From: a plasmid
Sequence record: NZ_CP041047.1
Reading direction: 5' to 3' (one strand)
DNA: 64,000 nt
Positions 38,120 to 47,348 of this stretch are shown here, one piece after another. Made by a program: the position numbers and the translations under genes. Numbering within the stretch: position 1 is the stretch's first letter; each line of letters opens with the position of its first letter. The notes under the pieces are model-generated. The model searched no databases. It was not told where the DNA came from and saw nothing but the letters and a program-made list of their open reading frames with translations.

Positions 38120-38884
38120 TCAACCGCGAACTGATGAATATGCGTTGGTTAATGTTTCCGGCCCGGTAGAGCTTAATTGTTCATTAAGTTTCATACGGGC
38201 TGCAATAACGGCTGCTGTCGAATTATCGGCTGGCAGAGTTGTCCAGGCTTGCATGTTGACTGGGCGCTTAGAGGTAGCCACTTGCGGACGTGATGTCTGC
38301 ACGGCTCTATTCTTAGCGTCCAACTTCTGCGAAGTGTCTGGCTTCTTCTTTTCTGACTGTTTATTGTTGTCTGGTAATACAGACTCATTTCCAGGGTGAA
38401 GCTGTTTTTGCTCGGCATAGACTGTTCTCCATTTTTCAGAAGCAGTTCTTACCTCTTCATCAGACATTTTCTGCCACTTCATATCGTCCTTTAGTTTTTG
38501 CGCTACTTCAGGGGATAACGTAGTGACGGTTGATGTCGATGTTGCCTTTACAGTTTCATTTGCACGGGTATCAATTGATTGGCCAGTCTGAATGATTCGA
38601 GCCATGAAAACATGAAACTCAGTCCTCATTTGGTCAATACCATTTTTTGTATAACGGAATGATCGAGCTAATGCCTCGATATACAGTTCGGTATTCATTT
38701 GAATATTGTCACGTAGAAAATCCGCGACTTTACCAAATGCTTTTATCGAATAGAACTCGGTCTGGGACTTGCCGCTGATGGACATGTCACAGCGTAAACG
38801 AAAATAAATATACGAATCTGAATTATCAGATGCGGGCATATACTTAGGTTCTATCGCAACAATACCCTTTGCTCTGGATTGCAT
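38120..38884 (-). CDS. ssb: SSB-like OB-fold ssDNA-binding protein lacking the canonical acidic tail
   Basis: aligns to the SSB core: 'KGIVAIEPKYMP', 'TEFYSIKAFGKVADF', 'ELYIEALARSFRYT'. Confidence 0.6.
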   Translation of the reverse strand: MQSRAKGIVAIEPKYMPASDNSDSYIYFRLRCDMSISGKSQTEFYSIKAFGKVADFLRDNIQMNTELYIEALARSFRYTKNGIDQMRTEFHVFMARIIQTGQSIDTRANETVKATSTSTVTTLSPEVAQKLKDDMKWQKMSDEEVRTASEKWRTVYAEQKQLHPGNESVLPDNNKQSEKKKPDTSQKLDAKNRAVQTSRPQVATSKRPVNMQAWTTLPADNSTAAVIAARMKLNEQLSSTGPETLTNAYSSVRG

Positions 38885-39251
38885 AGTTTATACCTCATAA
38901 ATTTTTAAATTAAGAAAGTTAGAATAATTTAGTGCTATAGGCACAAGAATTAGAAAGATTGATGAAGCATCCAGTTAGAGTGCTGGACTCACTGTATCCT
39001 CAACAAGAGGAAAAACACCTTTTTCGACGGCGCAGAAAACACGATGCATGATGCACCGTGTGTCGAATTCTATGGGCGTAGGGAAGCCGTGCGAATGAAC
39101 ATATTCATTCAGGGATGGCGCGTTGCCGAAATAAAGAGTGTTAAAAGAAGTTAAGCGGTATGTCCGCGATATAAGATTATGATACGACGTTGGGTTGGTC
39201 AATCCAGAAAAGAAAAAAACCCAGCTTTCGCTGGGTTTTTGTTGGGAGGTA
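38885..39251. repeat. ~365-bp non-coding element B, homologous to 34966-35321
   Basis: AACACCTTTTTCGACGG at 39014-39030; GAAGTTAAGCGG; terminator hairpin at 39215-39245. Confidence 0.5.
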
Positions 39252-39752
39252 TTAGCATAACAAGCGTTCCAGACGCTTCCATGTTTGGATTGCCATGTCG
39301 GTTGATGCATCTGATATCTCTTTATAGAGATTGGTATTTCGCCGTTCATAATAACCTGGATAGATGAGCCTATGCAGGCAATCATCTAACCTTGAAAGAT
39401 CTCCAAAGTCCTGAGCGCCTACATTGATTTTTGCCCTGATTGCCAGTATATCTCCCTCTATTTTCATGAGCTCAATGAGCTCATGCATTTCGAAGAAAAT
39501 ATTAGACTGATAACGACCAGCATGTTCTTCGCATTCGATGCTATCGCATACGTCACATACTTCAGCGTTACAGGAATGATAACCGCAGTGATTACACGTA
39601 TAAGAGAATCGCTGGTTTATCGCTCCTGCAACACAGTCTTCATAAATCCGATGTCGGCAGTCATTCCCACAATTTTCGCACTCTGCAATCATTGTGTAAT
39701 CATCCAGTTCCATACCACCCGGCTCAATGCTACTACCATAGACAATTGTCAT
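39252..39752 (-). CDS. Cys-rich putative zinc-binding protein
   Basis: 'CENCGNDCRH...CNHCGYHSC...CDVCDSIEC'; start at the second ATG after the conserved SD. Confidence 0.5.
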   Translation of the reverse strand: MTIVYGSSIEPGGMELDDYTMIAECENCGNDCRHRIYEDCVAGAINQRFSYTCNHCGYHSCNAEVCDVCDSIECEEHAGRYQSNIFFEMHELIELMKIEGDILAIRAKINVGAQDFGDLSRLDDCLHRLIYPGYYERRNTNLYKEISDASTDMAIQTWKRLERLLC

Positions 39753-39814
39753 AATATACCTCATATATTTAAAAGATTAAAAAGTTAAGGCTTATAGCCT
39801 GAGTTAAGAATATT

Positions 39815-40426
39815 TTAGCTTTCGGCGAGTACTTGCATAACCCAAATGCCGCGACGTTTTTCGCTCAAAAGATTACGATACCCTGTAACCTTACCGCCTT
39901 CGTCAAAAACTTGTGCTTTGTCGGTTCTCACTTCAGACTCTTTCCAGACTGAAACGATATCCCCAACTTGTGCCCCACAAGTCGCAACAGCACTTTTGAG
40001 CCCAATTGCCCAAATTTCATGGTCTTTCCCACCACTACGAATTGTGACTAAATACGTTTTATCGTTATTAGGATCGTGTTTCCAGTTTTCGAGACCGTGG
40101 TAAACAAGTTTTCCTTCATAACGATGGTTCGTATATTTGGCTTTGTCATTATTTGCCCCACCCTGAGAAGAACCTTCAACAATGTTTCCATTAGTTGATT
40201 CATTAGATTTTTTCCCAGACTTGGTAAAGAATGAATTATAAATAACCAGTAAAGCAACCACCACACACACAGTCGCAGTAACAAAACCGAGACCAGTGAA
40301 TAGTAAACCGCGTTCCGTTATAAAAATTGCCAGCCAGATTGGGCCAAGGAATCTGATATATTCAGCACGGTAATACACAGCACCAAAAAATACGATACCT
40401 GCCATTAATGAGATTGGGTCAGACAT
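39815..40426 (-). CDS. membrane protein (N-terminal TM helices + soluble domain)
   Basis: 203 aa; hydrophobic N-terminal 70 aa. Confidence 0.5.
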   Translation of the reverse strand: MSDPISLMAGIVFFGAVYYRAEYIRFLGPIWLAIFITERGLLFTGLGFVTATVCVVVALLVIYNSFFTKSGKKSNESTNGNIVEGSSQGGANNDKAKYTNHRYEGKLVYHGLENWKHDPNNDKTYLVTIRSGGKDHEIWAIGLKSAVATCGAQVGDIVSVWKESEVRTDKAQVFDEGGKVTGYRNLLSEKRRGIWVMQVLAES

Positions 40427-40864
40427 AGATCACCTATAAATTTAGAATGCGAAAATTTAGCCACCTAAAAGGTAAACTAAACGGATGTACACAAGAATGC
40501 ACACCTGTTGATTTCGCTGGAGTTAAAAGGATTAACAATTTTTTTTGTTTGGGATTGAGAACCAAAATACCCGTTTGGGTAAGCAAAGAGACATGTCAGG
40601 TTTAACCTAAACACATCAGAGATGCTCGGGCCTGTAGGAGGCGTAGTTAACCCGGGAGGAGGTCATCCGGTGGGCGCTGGTAGAGCGCGAAATTAACTAG
40701 GAAGTTGTGCTGATGTCCGTCAGCTCGGTTCTTATTCATTTAAGCATAATTGTTTATTTTTTCAAGTCAGTTTTTCATGGTCATATTGCAGCCATTTTTC
40801 AATGACAACTATCCTGAGTTTTGGCCTAATCAATTGGCATACAAATTAACTCCGAGGTTCTGTT

Positions 40865-41611
40865 ATGGCTAAAGCACCGGTACAAACCGTAAAACAAGCT
40901 AAAAAGAGTGGGGCTCAGGATAACCGAACCCCTAACACCCGTGTCGAATATTCCAATCCTGAAGCTGTCGTGAAATTTACTCTTCACACACAGGAAGGTA
41001 TTCGTGTCCAGTCCCGAAATTTTAACATTATCTCCCAGGCGCTCTTCAATCTGACCAATAACAGCCGAGCCCTTGAACGGCTTGGCGCTAAATACAGTGG
41101 TGCAATTGAACGTACACTGAAGGCAGTTAACGAAGTAATCGACATGCCTGAGAAAGAACTGGAAAATAACATTGCTATTCTGAACCGTGCGGTAAAAGAA
41201 GAAGAAGAACGCAGCAGCCTCAATGAAGTCGGGTACACCCATCCAAAAGAACATGAGGTTCGCATCAGAACGCCGCAAGCAATGCGGGTTATCCGCATTA
41301 TTCAGAACTTTGATAAATTGCACCAGATCATCGATACCCTCTGGTTAAATAACTGTTTTAATCAGGATGAGGTCGAAGAGTTTAAGTCTCGTCTTCATAA
41401 TCTCATTCGTGATCTGGCTGCATCACTCAAACGTCACGCGCAGGCATCTGCTGATGAGCTTAATCAGGCCAATGGCCGGGCCGCTGAAAAAGAATTGGCT
41501 GGAAGCACTGAGACAGAACCTACCCAGGTAGACCAGGATACACCGGTGTTGCAGGATGCCAGTAATGAAGCGAATGATGATCAGAATGAGGCCATTAAAC
41601 GGCAGGCTTAA
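40865..41611 (+). CDS. hypothetical coiled-coil protein (248 aa)
   Basis: ORF, GAGG SD; divergent from the accessory block; bidirectional terminator at 41619-41655. Confidence 0.5.
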   Translation: MAKAPVQTVKQAKKSGAQDNRTPNTRVEYSNPEAVVKFTLHTQEGIRVQSRNFNIISQALFNLTNNSRALERLGAKYSGAIERTLKAVNEVIDMPEKELENNIAILNRAVKEEEERSSLNEVGYTHPKEHEVRIRTPQAMRVIRIIQNFDKLHQIIDTLWLNNCFNQDEVEEFKSRLHNLIRDLAASLKRHAQASADELNQANGRAAEKELAGSTETEPTQVDQDTPVLQDASNEANDDQNEAIKRQA

Positions 41612-41659
41612 TTCAACGAAAAACAAAAATTAAAAACCCTGCATCGCAGGGTTTTTTTA

Positions 41660-42727
41660 TTACATTGTGCGGCAACAATCTACCCACTGGAAAATCATGT
41701 AGGTACTGTCCTGGCCTTTACCGGTTGGATAGCGGAAAGGCCCACCTTGCCATTGGTATGGGGACTCACCGACCTCATGACTGTTTTTTGTCTCCGGGGT
41801 AGGGTAGAACATATTCAATTTGTACTGCTGCTTTGGCAACGTTGGGTAAATCTTGGAGCGACAAACAGTATCGTTTCCCATCGAACGGTAGGCCAGTCCG
41901 CGCCGATGTTCTGCGGCCAGCATACGGATCCCGACCAGGCTGGTTGTTCTGGGGGCATCCATACTCCGTACCGAACCAGTTAAAGGATACTGCCCACCCC
42001 AGGAACCGGCACACCACCAAAGTGAGTCTATAGGCTGTTTACCTGCAAATTGCGCAGCTGCTTCACCGGCGCAAGCCTGCATTGCTATCACGTTAGCCAC
42101 AGCTGCTGATTCCGGGTTCTGGAAGAATGCCAGCATCGTATTATTCCAGGTCGGGTCAATCTCCGTGAAATTAATGATGTCAAAATCGCTGTATGGGTCG
42201 GCATTGCACTGGCCGGGTAGATACATATCAAGCATTCTTAATAACGGCATCGCATACATATGAGCATTGTAGAAACTGATCGAGAAACGCTCCCGTTGTT
42301 CCTCGGCTGCACCATCGGTCTGCGGGCCAAACTGCAAATCATTACCAAGGTCGAGGGTTACCCCCCCAAGCGATGACATACACCCGGGTGTTCTCGTTAA
42401 CTCAATGAGCTTTCGCGGTTCCCACATCGCGGTCAATACACCCGGGTGATAGACGTTAAGCCCGTCCTTACAGGCACATACTGTCCCTGATGCTGCATTG
42501 TCAGGTGCAGTGCCAGTCATCGACAGATTAATACCGGCAAGCTTTATCGGGAAAATACAGTTCCAGCAAACATCGGTAATGAGTTTCGCTGATAAGACCT
42601 GGTTATCATGACAGACCTTGTTCTGTACGGGTGATGAAACGTCAGCGGCCAAAACCGGGAAAGTAAAAGCCAGACATGCGAGCACCAGGGTCTTGGGTGA
42701 TTTCAGAACTGAGAGTATTTTTTTCAT
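41660..42727 (-). CDS. traU: pilus assembly protein TraU
   Basis: signal peptide; conserved Cys pattern 'CHDNQ...CWNCIFPIKLAG'; 355 aa. Confidence 0.8.
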   Translation of the reverse strand: MKKILSVLKSPKTLVLACLAFTFPVLAADVSSPVQNKVCHDNQVLSAKLITDVCWNCIFPIKLAGINLSMTGTAPDNAASGTVCACKDGLNVYHPGVLTAMWEPRKLIELTRTPGCMSSLGGVTLDLGNDLQFGPQTDGAAEEQRERFSISFYNAHMYAMPLLRMLDMYLPGQCNADPYSDFDIINFTEIDPTWNNTMLAFFQNPESAAVANVIAMQACAGEAAAQFAGKQPIDSLWWCAGSWGGQYPLTGSVRSMDAPRTTSLVGIRMLAAEHRRGLAYRSMGNDTVCRSKIYPTLPKQQYKLNMFYPTPETKNSHEVGESPYQWQGGPFRYPTGKGQDSTYMIFQWVDCCRTM

Positions 42728-44037
42728 TTCAGCTCCTCAAAATCTTTGCGCGAGTATTCATCATTAATGAATCGCTTACTGTCGGCTGTCACAATGCTGG
42801 GCACGTTTATCAAACCATAACGTTCGGCCATGCCTGGCTGAATCATGTATAGCCTTGCGAAATCACCGTATTCTTTCTTGGTGTCACGGAAGGTCTGCCA
42901 GCCATCACCATACACGTTTGTCGTGACCAGTATTGGCGTGAGGGAGGCAGGTGTATGTTCAAACTGATACCTGGCGAACTGGCGTTGCCATTCTTCACGT
43001 GCATCGAAAAAGATTAGCTTGATGGTAAATGGCATCACAGTTAGCGGGTTAAATCGCCCCCGTTTCGCAACGATATCACCGTTAGGTGAAGTAATGTTTT
43101 GAGGGATAATGACCGTCGGATCGATGGTTCTGGTAGTTCGCTTTGTCGCTTCCGGGAATTCCTGGAAAACCTGGCGGGGCCAGTAGTTATCAATGGCCTT
43201 TTTCTTCATGCCATCAAAATCGAGTTTCGCGACACTTTCCTGTAATTCATCAATAAGGTTCTTCTCCACGACCCCAACTGCGGGCCCGGCCACACCAAGG
43301 TCGCCGGTCTTGTCTTTCAGGTACGCGATGTCATAGATGCCTGTCACCCTGGCCACCAGCTCACCATCTTTTTCATGGATAATGGTTGGTACAGAGCTGA
43401 CGTTGTAGTTTTTGAATACAGTTGGATCAAGGTTTACGGCAAGAGATGACTTGGAGTCGAAGGAAAGTCTCTGCCAGTGAGTCAGTTCATCAAGCAGGTT
43501 CTTTTTATCTTTCGCCCCCTGGACAACCAGCGCGATATCCGTGCGTCCATCATATAACTTGAGAATGTCGGTGATTTCAGCATCGCTTAGAGACGCGGAG
43601 ACGAGAATATAAATAAAATCACCGACTGGCTTATTTTGTTTCTCGTTAGTCATATCAGACTTTGCTAGCGCACCTCTTACTGCATCATCGACTAGTTCAT
43701 CTGTATTTTTATACTCGGGCATTTCACCCATCATTTTTCGATTATCTTTAACCGTGTCAGTAGCCTGGTCGGTAGCGACATTTTGATTATCACGAGCCGC
43801 TTTGATGAGACTGTCAATATCTTTCAATTCAGTAGCAGATAATTGACGCTTAGCTTTTTGAATGTCGGTGACCGAATAGTTATTAGCCGGTCTGGTCGGA
43901 ATGTTATCTAAGTTGGCTAACGGCCTTGACGGTAGATCACTTAAATCAATACCAGAGCTTTCGGCCCAGGTTGGGGTGCAAACAACAGCGGTTACAAATG
44001 GCAGTATTGAAAGACGAAAAGGTGTTTTTTTTACCAT
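42724..44037 (-). CDS. traW: TraW-like pilus assembly protein
   Basis: signal peptide; position between the TraF-peptidase and traU genes. Confidence 0.6.
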   Translation of the reverse strand: MVKKTPFRLSILPFVTAVVCTPTWAESSGIDLSDLPSRPLANLDNIPTRPANNYSVTDIQKAKRQLSATELKDIDSLIKAARDNQNVATDQATDTVKDNRKMMGEMPEYKNTDELVDDAVRGALAKSDMTNEKQNKPVGDFIYILVSASLSDAEITDILKLYDGRTDIALVVQGAKDKKNLLDELTHWQRLSFDSKSSLAVNLDPTVFKNYNVSSVPTIIHEKDGELVARVTGIYDIAYLKDKTGDLGVAGPAVGVVEKNLIDELQESVAKLDFDGMKKKAIDNYWPRQVFQEFPEATKRTTRTIDPTVIIPQNITSPNGDIVAKRGRFNPLTVMPFTIKLIFFDAREEWQRQFARYQFEHTPASLTPILVTTNVYGDGWQTFRDTKKEYGDFARLYMIQPGMAERYGLINVPSIVTADSKRFINDEYSRKDFEELK

Positions 44038-44555
44038 AATGGATACGCTCGGCCTATAATTTGCGACTCGTCTAATGATCCCCAGTATCGGGAATCAAAA
44101 CTGTATCTGGTGCGCCCCATCATCCACAGGCGACCATTCGGTACGACTCCACTACGCGTGAGCTCCTGTTCGGTGTGGCCAGACTCTGCTGCTAATGCCA
44201 GTCCCTCGCCGACCATAGAGCCGTTAATTGCAGTCTCTTCGGGATCAACGGATACTTTGTCTCCCGCAATGCCATCAACTATTTTCAGTCCTTTGCCATA
44301 AGGTTGCATTAGCTCAGAATGAAAGGCGTAAATTTTCCCCTTGACGATAGATTTGTCCATTTTATCGACGAGATATATTCGGTACGGAGGAAGACATTGG
44401 TTATTTTGTGGATCGATACCAATCTCGTACCGGTTAAGCACGTATAGCGTCAGCGGTGCGGTTAAGAAAATAACAACAATGCTGAAAACAATATGTTGCC
44501 TCCAGCTTCGCTTTTTACGAAATATTAAGCTCCATACCGATTTGGGTGTGTTCAT
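44031..44555 (-). CDS. trhF: conjugative signal peptidase (TraF/TrhF, S26 family)
   Basis: N-terminal TM, then a peptidase S26-like domain; start trimmed to 44555 after the upstream stop. Confidence 0.6.
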   Translation of the reverse strand: MNTPKSVWSLIFRKKRSWRQHIVFSIVVIFLTAPLTLYVLNRYEIGIDPQNNQCLPPYRIYLVDKMDKSIVKGKIYAFHSELMQPYGKGLKIVDGIAGDKVSVDPEETAINGSMVGEGLALAAESGHTEQELTRSGVVPNGRLWMMGRTRYSFDSRYWGSLDESQIIGRAYPLW

Positions 44556-44568
44556 TCGTCCACCACTA

Positions 44569-44838
44569 TTACTGAGTACTGATGGTCTGAGGGATCTGGA
44601 GCCCTGTTGGGTAGCTATAAAGTGCTGAGGCATTGAGCACAAGATATCCCGCCTTTGAAAGCTTCTCAGCGCGAGCTAACACCAACCTTGACTGGGCTTC
44701 ACCTAACGGGTGACCTTTATCATCCATAAAGTTGATGACTGCTACATAGTCATAGGGCGAGGCTGGTGGGAATAACCGCCCAAAAAGGGCGGCTCCGATG
44801 AAACCAAACAGCAGGGCGATTGCAGCGGTTTTAATCAT
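44569..44838 (-). CDS. small membrane protein
   Basis: 89 aa, N-terminal TM; between traC and trhF. Confidence 0.45.
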   Translation of the reverse strand: MIKTAAIALLFGFIGAALFGRLFPPASPYDYVAVINFMDDKGHPLGEAQSRLVLARAEKLSKAGYLVLNASALYSYPTGLQIPQTISTQ

Positions 44839-47321
44839 GCGGCTAACCCCCGCTCAACCAGGATTTCGTTGATAGCCTCTTCGGTATTAATCCCCCGGGA
44901 CTTTCTGTCCTTTATCGCGGCAACGTCTTTCGGGTCAGTCGAATAGAGCAGTAAGCTGAACGGGTCAACCACAAGCCTGCAAATACCCTGGCCTGCTTTC
45001 GATATGACAAAGATTTCAGAATAAACACCTTTCGTGGAACGGACAGTTTTAAGGAACCGATAACCGGCCTCGTCCAGCGCCAGACGTTTATTAGCTTCGG
45101 CTTCGTTAACTGCGGATTCACTTTGCCCCAGCAAGAGCATAAAGGCTGAGTTATCTGCGATCGATTTCCCGATACTATCTTTGTAAATATCGTTGATAGA
45201 CTGGGTGATGGTAATTGCAGCTCCATTATATTTACGGAACCGACGATAGCCCTTCTCGATGAATGCCCCGATATTTCCTGATAACAACGCCCAGGCCTCA
45301 TCGATGATGACCAGCTTCATCTGGCTACGGTCGCCCATGAACATGTCCTGCTGGATTTGATAAATCAGCTGAAGGAGGACAACCTGTTTAAGGTGTTCTG
45401 AACTTTCAAGTCGGGAAAGCTCAAGTACAGTGAACGGGTTTTTGAAGTCGATATTGTTCTTACCAACAAAGTATTTCCCGTACTGGCCCGCACTCGTGAA
45501 CGGATAGAGCTGATGGCCAATTCGTTTAATGTCTGGATCTTCATCATGTAGCAGTGAATCAGCAACCATATCAACGGTGGTCTCTTTCTTGTGTACACGG
45601 ACAAGATCAGCTACGTGTTGTTTAAGTCGAGACTCTTCGAATGAATTCAGACCTTCTTTAGGCGCGGCCATCACCGATAACAATCCAATGATCAGATCTT
45701 CTTCACCACCACTGGAGTCATCATCTTCAGACTCGCCGAAATAGTCTTCGATCAGTTCGAAGAAGTTAAGGCATGGCCTGGTTTTGGGATTGAAGTCGAG
45801 ATAATCGCCCTGGTAGGTCTCACAGATGTTTTTGTACGAGTCACCTACATCAATACACCATACTTTAGCCCCGAGGCTTCTGTAGGCGGTGATAATGTAG
45901 TTTGTCAGGAATGACTTACCAGACCCTGATTCAGCTGCGATACAGGCGTTATAGTTAGTATCAGAATCAAACAAGTCCAGTGATTGGATCTGGCCAGAGC
46001 GGGATGTCAGCATTAAGGCGGGTTTGTCCGTACCTTGCCAGTCAGCATAGAGAGGCGAAAGTACCATCGCTTCACTGAGTGCCATTGTACGATATCGGCC
46101 AATGGACTTTTCTGCTGATGCTTCGTTAAACATTGGCAGAGCAGACAGGAAAATTGGCGCAACATAGTAGGTATCTGGGATCATCTTAAACTGATAGGTG
46201 TTCAGATAACTAGCTGCTTCCTGAGCAGCGCGTAACACACCATCTTTTGAGTTCGAGAAAATTGATACCGTAAATTTGGCTTTGCAAATTGGGTCGTTGT
46301 TATCAACTTTCTCGCTCAGAAGATCGAAGCCTTCACGCAAGTTAATCAATGATGGAACCCACTTAATTAATGGGCCACTGGTTTGCTGAACAACCCAGTT
46401 ACGTTTCGATGTGAACTTAGTTTTTTCACTTTGCTGATCAAAGAAAATCAGGCTCATTGAAATGATGCAGGATGATTTAATGCCGGTGACACCGCTCATC
46501 ATATCGCCGAGGAAGTATTGCGCTTGCCCGGGAAAGAATCTTTTCGGGAATTTTCGCGCACTCAATGTTTTCACAAACGTTGTCGGTGTAGGTGCTTCCC
46601 CTCGAAGCTCGGAATCTGTCGGGTCACCAAAACCGCAATAGTCTTTCTTAATGAAAAACATGCGGTCGTGGTCGACTAACTGTTCTGAAATGTATTTATC
46701 TTCTTGTGGCTGCACCGGCGTCCGGTCTCGCCAGGAGGCGCTTTCGCCCTGGTTGCAAATGGAGCTCAATACATCGATGTAACTTTCGCGTGTCAATGCA
46801 CCGGGACACAAACCGGTGATGCTCAGCGTCGTTTCGAACACATTTCGCAGTTCGTTCACGTGATTGAATTCTTCTTCACGCATTTCATAGTTATATTTGA
46901 TCGGAATTTTTACTGTAATGAGAAGCACACAATTTCGGACACGAGTGCCGGTTCGCTTCATTGGCGATTCGGTACTTTTTAGAAGGAATTTAGAGCGGTT
47001 ATAAATTGCGTTACGCAGGATTGCGTCTCGACAATCCATACGCAATACATCCATCCGGTTAATTTTCTGTACGATGTTTGGGCTTGCAACCAGGTCAAAC
47101 TGAACGATAGTTTTGGCGGGGAAATTGGAAGACAGCAACGTTTGAAGGTTAGTCATCTCCTTGCCGGTTGTCCCGCTTAAGGGACGACATACAAATCCGA
47201 AGCCAACATATTTGTTGTCGCACATAAACAAATGATTGGATTCGTCATACGCACGAACAGGACACAAGTCAGAAAAACGTTTCAGGTTCTTGAGTCGCTG
47301 AAAAATTAAAGATTCACTCAT
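44835..47321 (-). CDS. traC: VirB4-family ATPase TraC
   Basis: 828 aa; Walker A 'AAESGSGKSF'. Confidence 0.9.
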   Translation of the reverse strand: MSESLIFQRLKNLKRFSDLCPVRAYDESNHLFMCDNKYVGFGFVCRPLSGTTGKEMTNLQTLLSSNFPAKTIVQFDLVASPNIVQKINRMDVLRMDCRDAILRNAIYNRSKFLLKSTESPMKRTGTRVRNCVLLITVKIPIKYNYEMREEEFNHVNELRNVFETTLSITGLCPGALTRESYIDVLSSICNQGESASWRDRTPVQPQEDKYISEQLVDHDRMFFIKKDYCGFGDPTDSELRGEAPTPTTFVKTLSARKFPKRFFPGQAQYFLGDMMSGVTGIKSSCIISMSLIFFDQQSEKTKFTSKRNWVVQQTSGPLIKWVPSLINLREGFDLLSEKVDNNDPICKAKFTVSIFSNSKDGVLRAAQEAASYLNTYQFKMIPDTYYVAPIFLSALPMFNEASAEKSIGRYRTMALSEAMVLSPLYADWQGTDKPALMLTSRSGQIQSLDLFDSDTNYNACIAAESGSGKSFLTNYIITAYRSLGAKVWCIDVGDSYKNICETYQGDYLDFNPKTRPCLNFFELIEDYFGESEDDDSSGGEEDLIIGLLSVMAAPKEGLNSFEESRLKQHVADLVRVHKKETTVDMVADSLLHDEDPDIKRIGHQLYPFTSAGQYGKYFVGKNNIDFKNPFTVLELSRLESSEHLKQVVLLQLIYQIQQDMFMGDRSQMKLVIIDEAWALLSGNIGAFIEKGYRRFRKYNGAAITITQSINDIYKDSIGKSIADNSAFMLLLGQSESAVNEAEANKRLALDEAGYRFLKTVRSTKGVYSEIFVISKAGQGICRLVVDPFSLLLYSTDPKDVAAIKDRKSRGINTEEAINEILVERGLAA

Positions 47322-47348
47322 AATGCCTCCAGGATTCCCAAGAAAGTG

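Noticed and set aside
38975..39385. 136-aa ORF on the minus strand overlapping the Zn-finger gene and the non-coding element B
   Set aside because: Out-of-frame overlap with a better-supported gene, spans a terminator hairpin, low-complexity composition.
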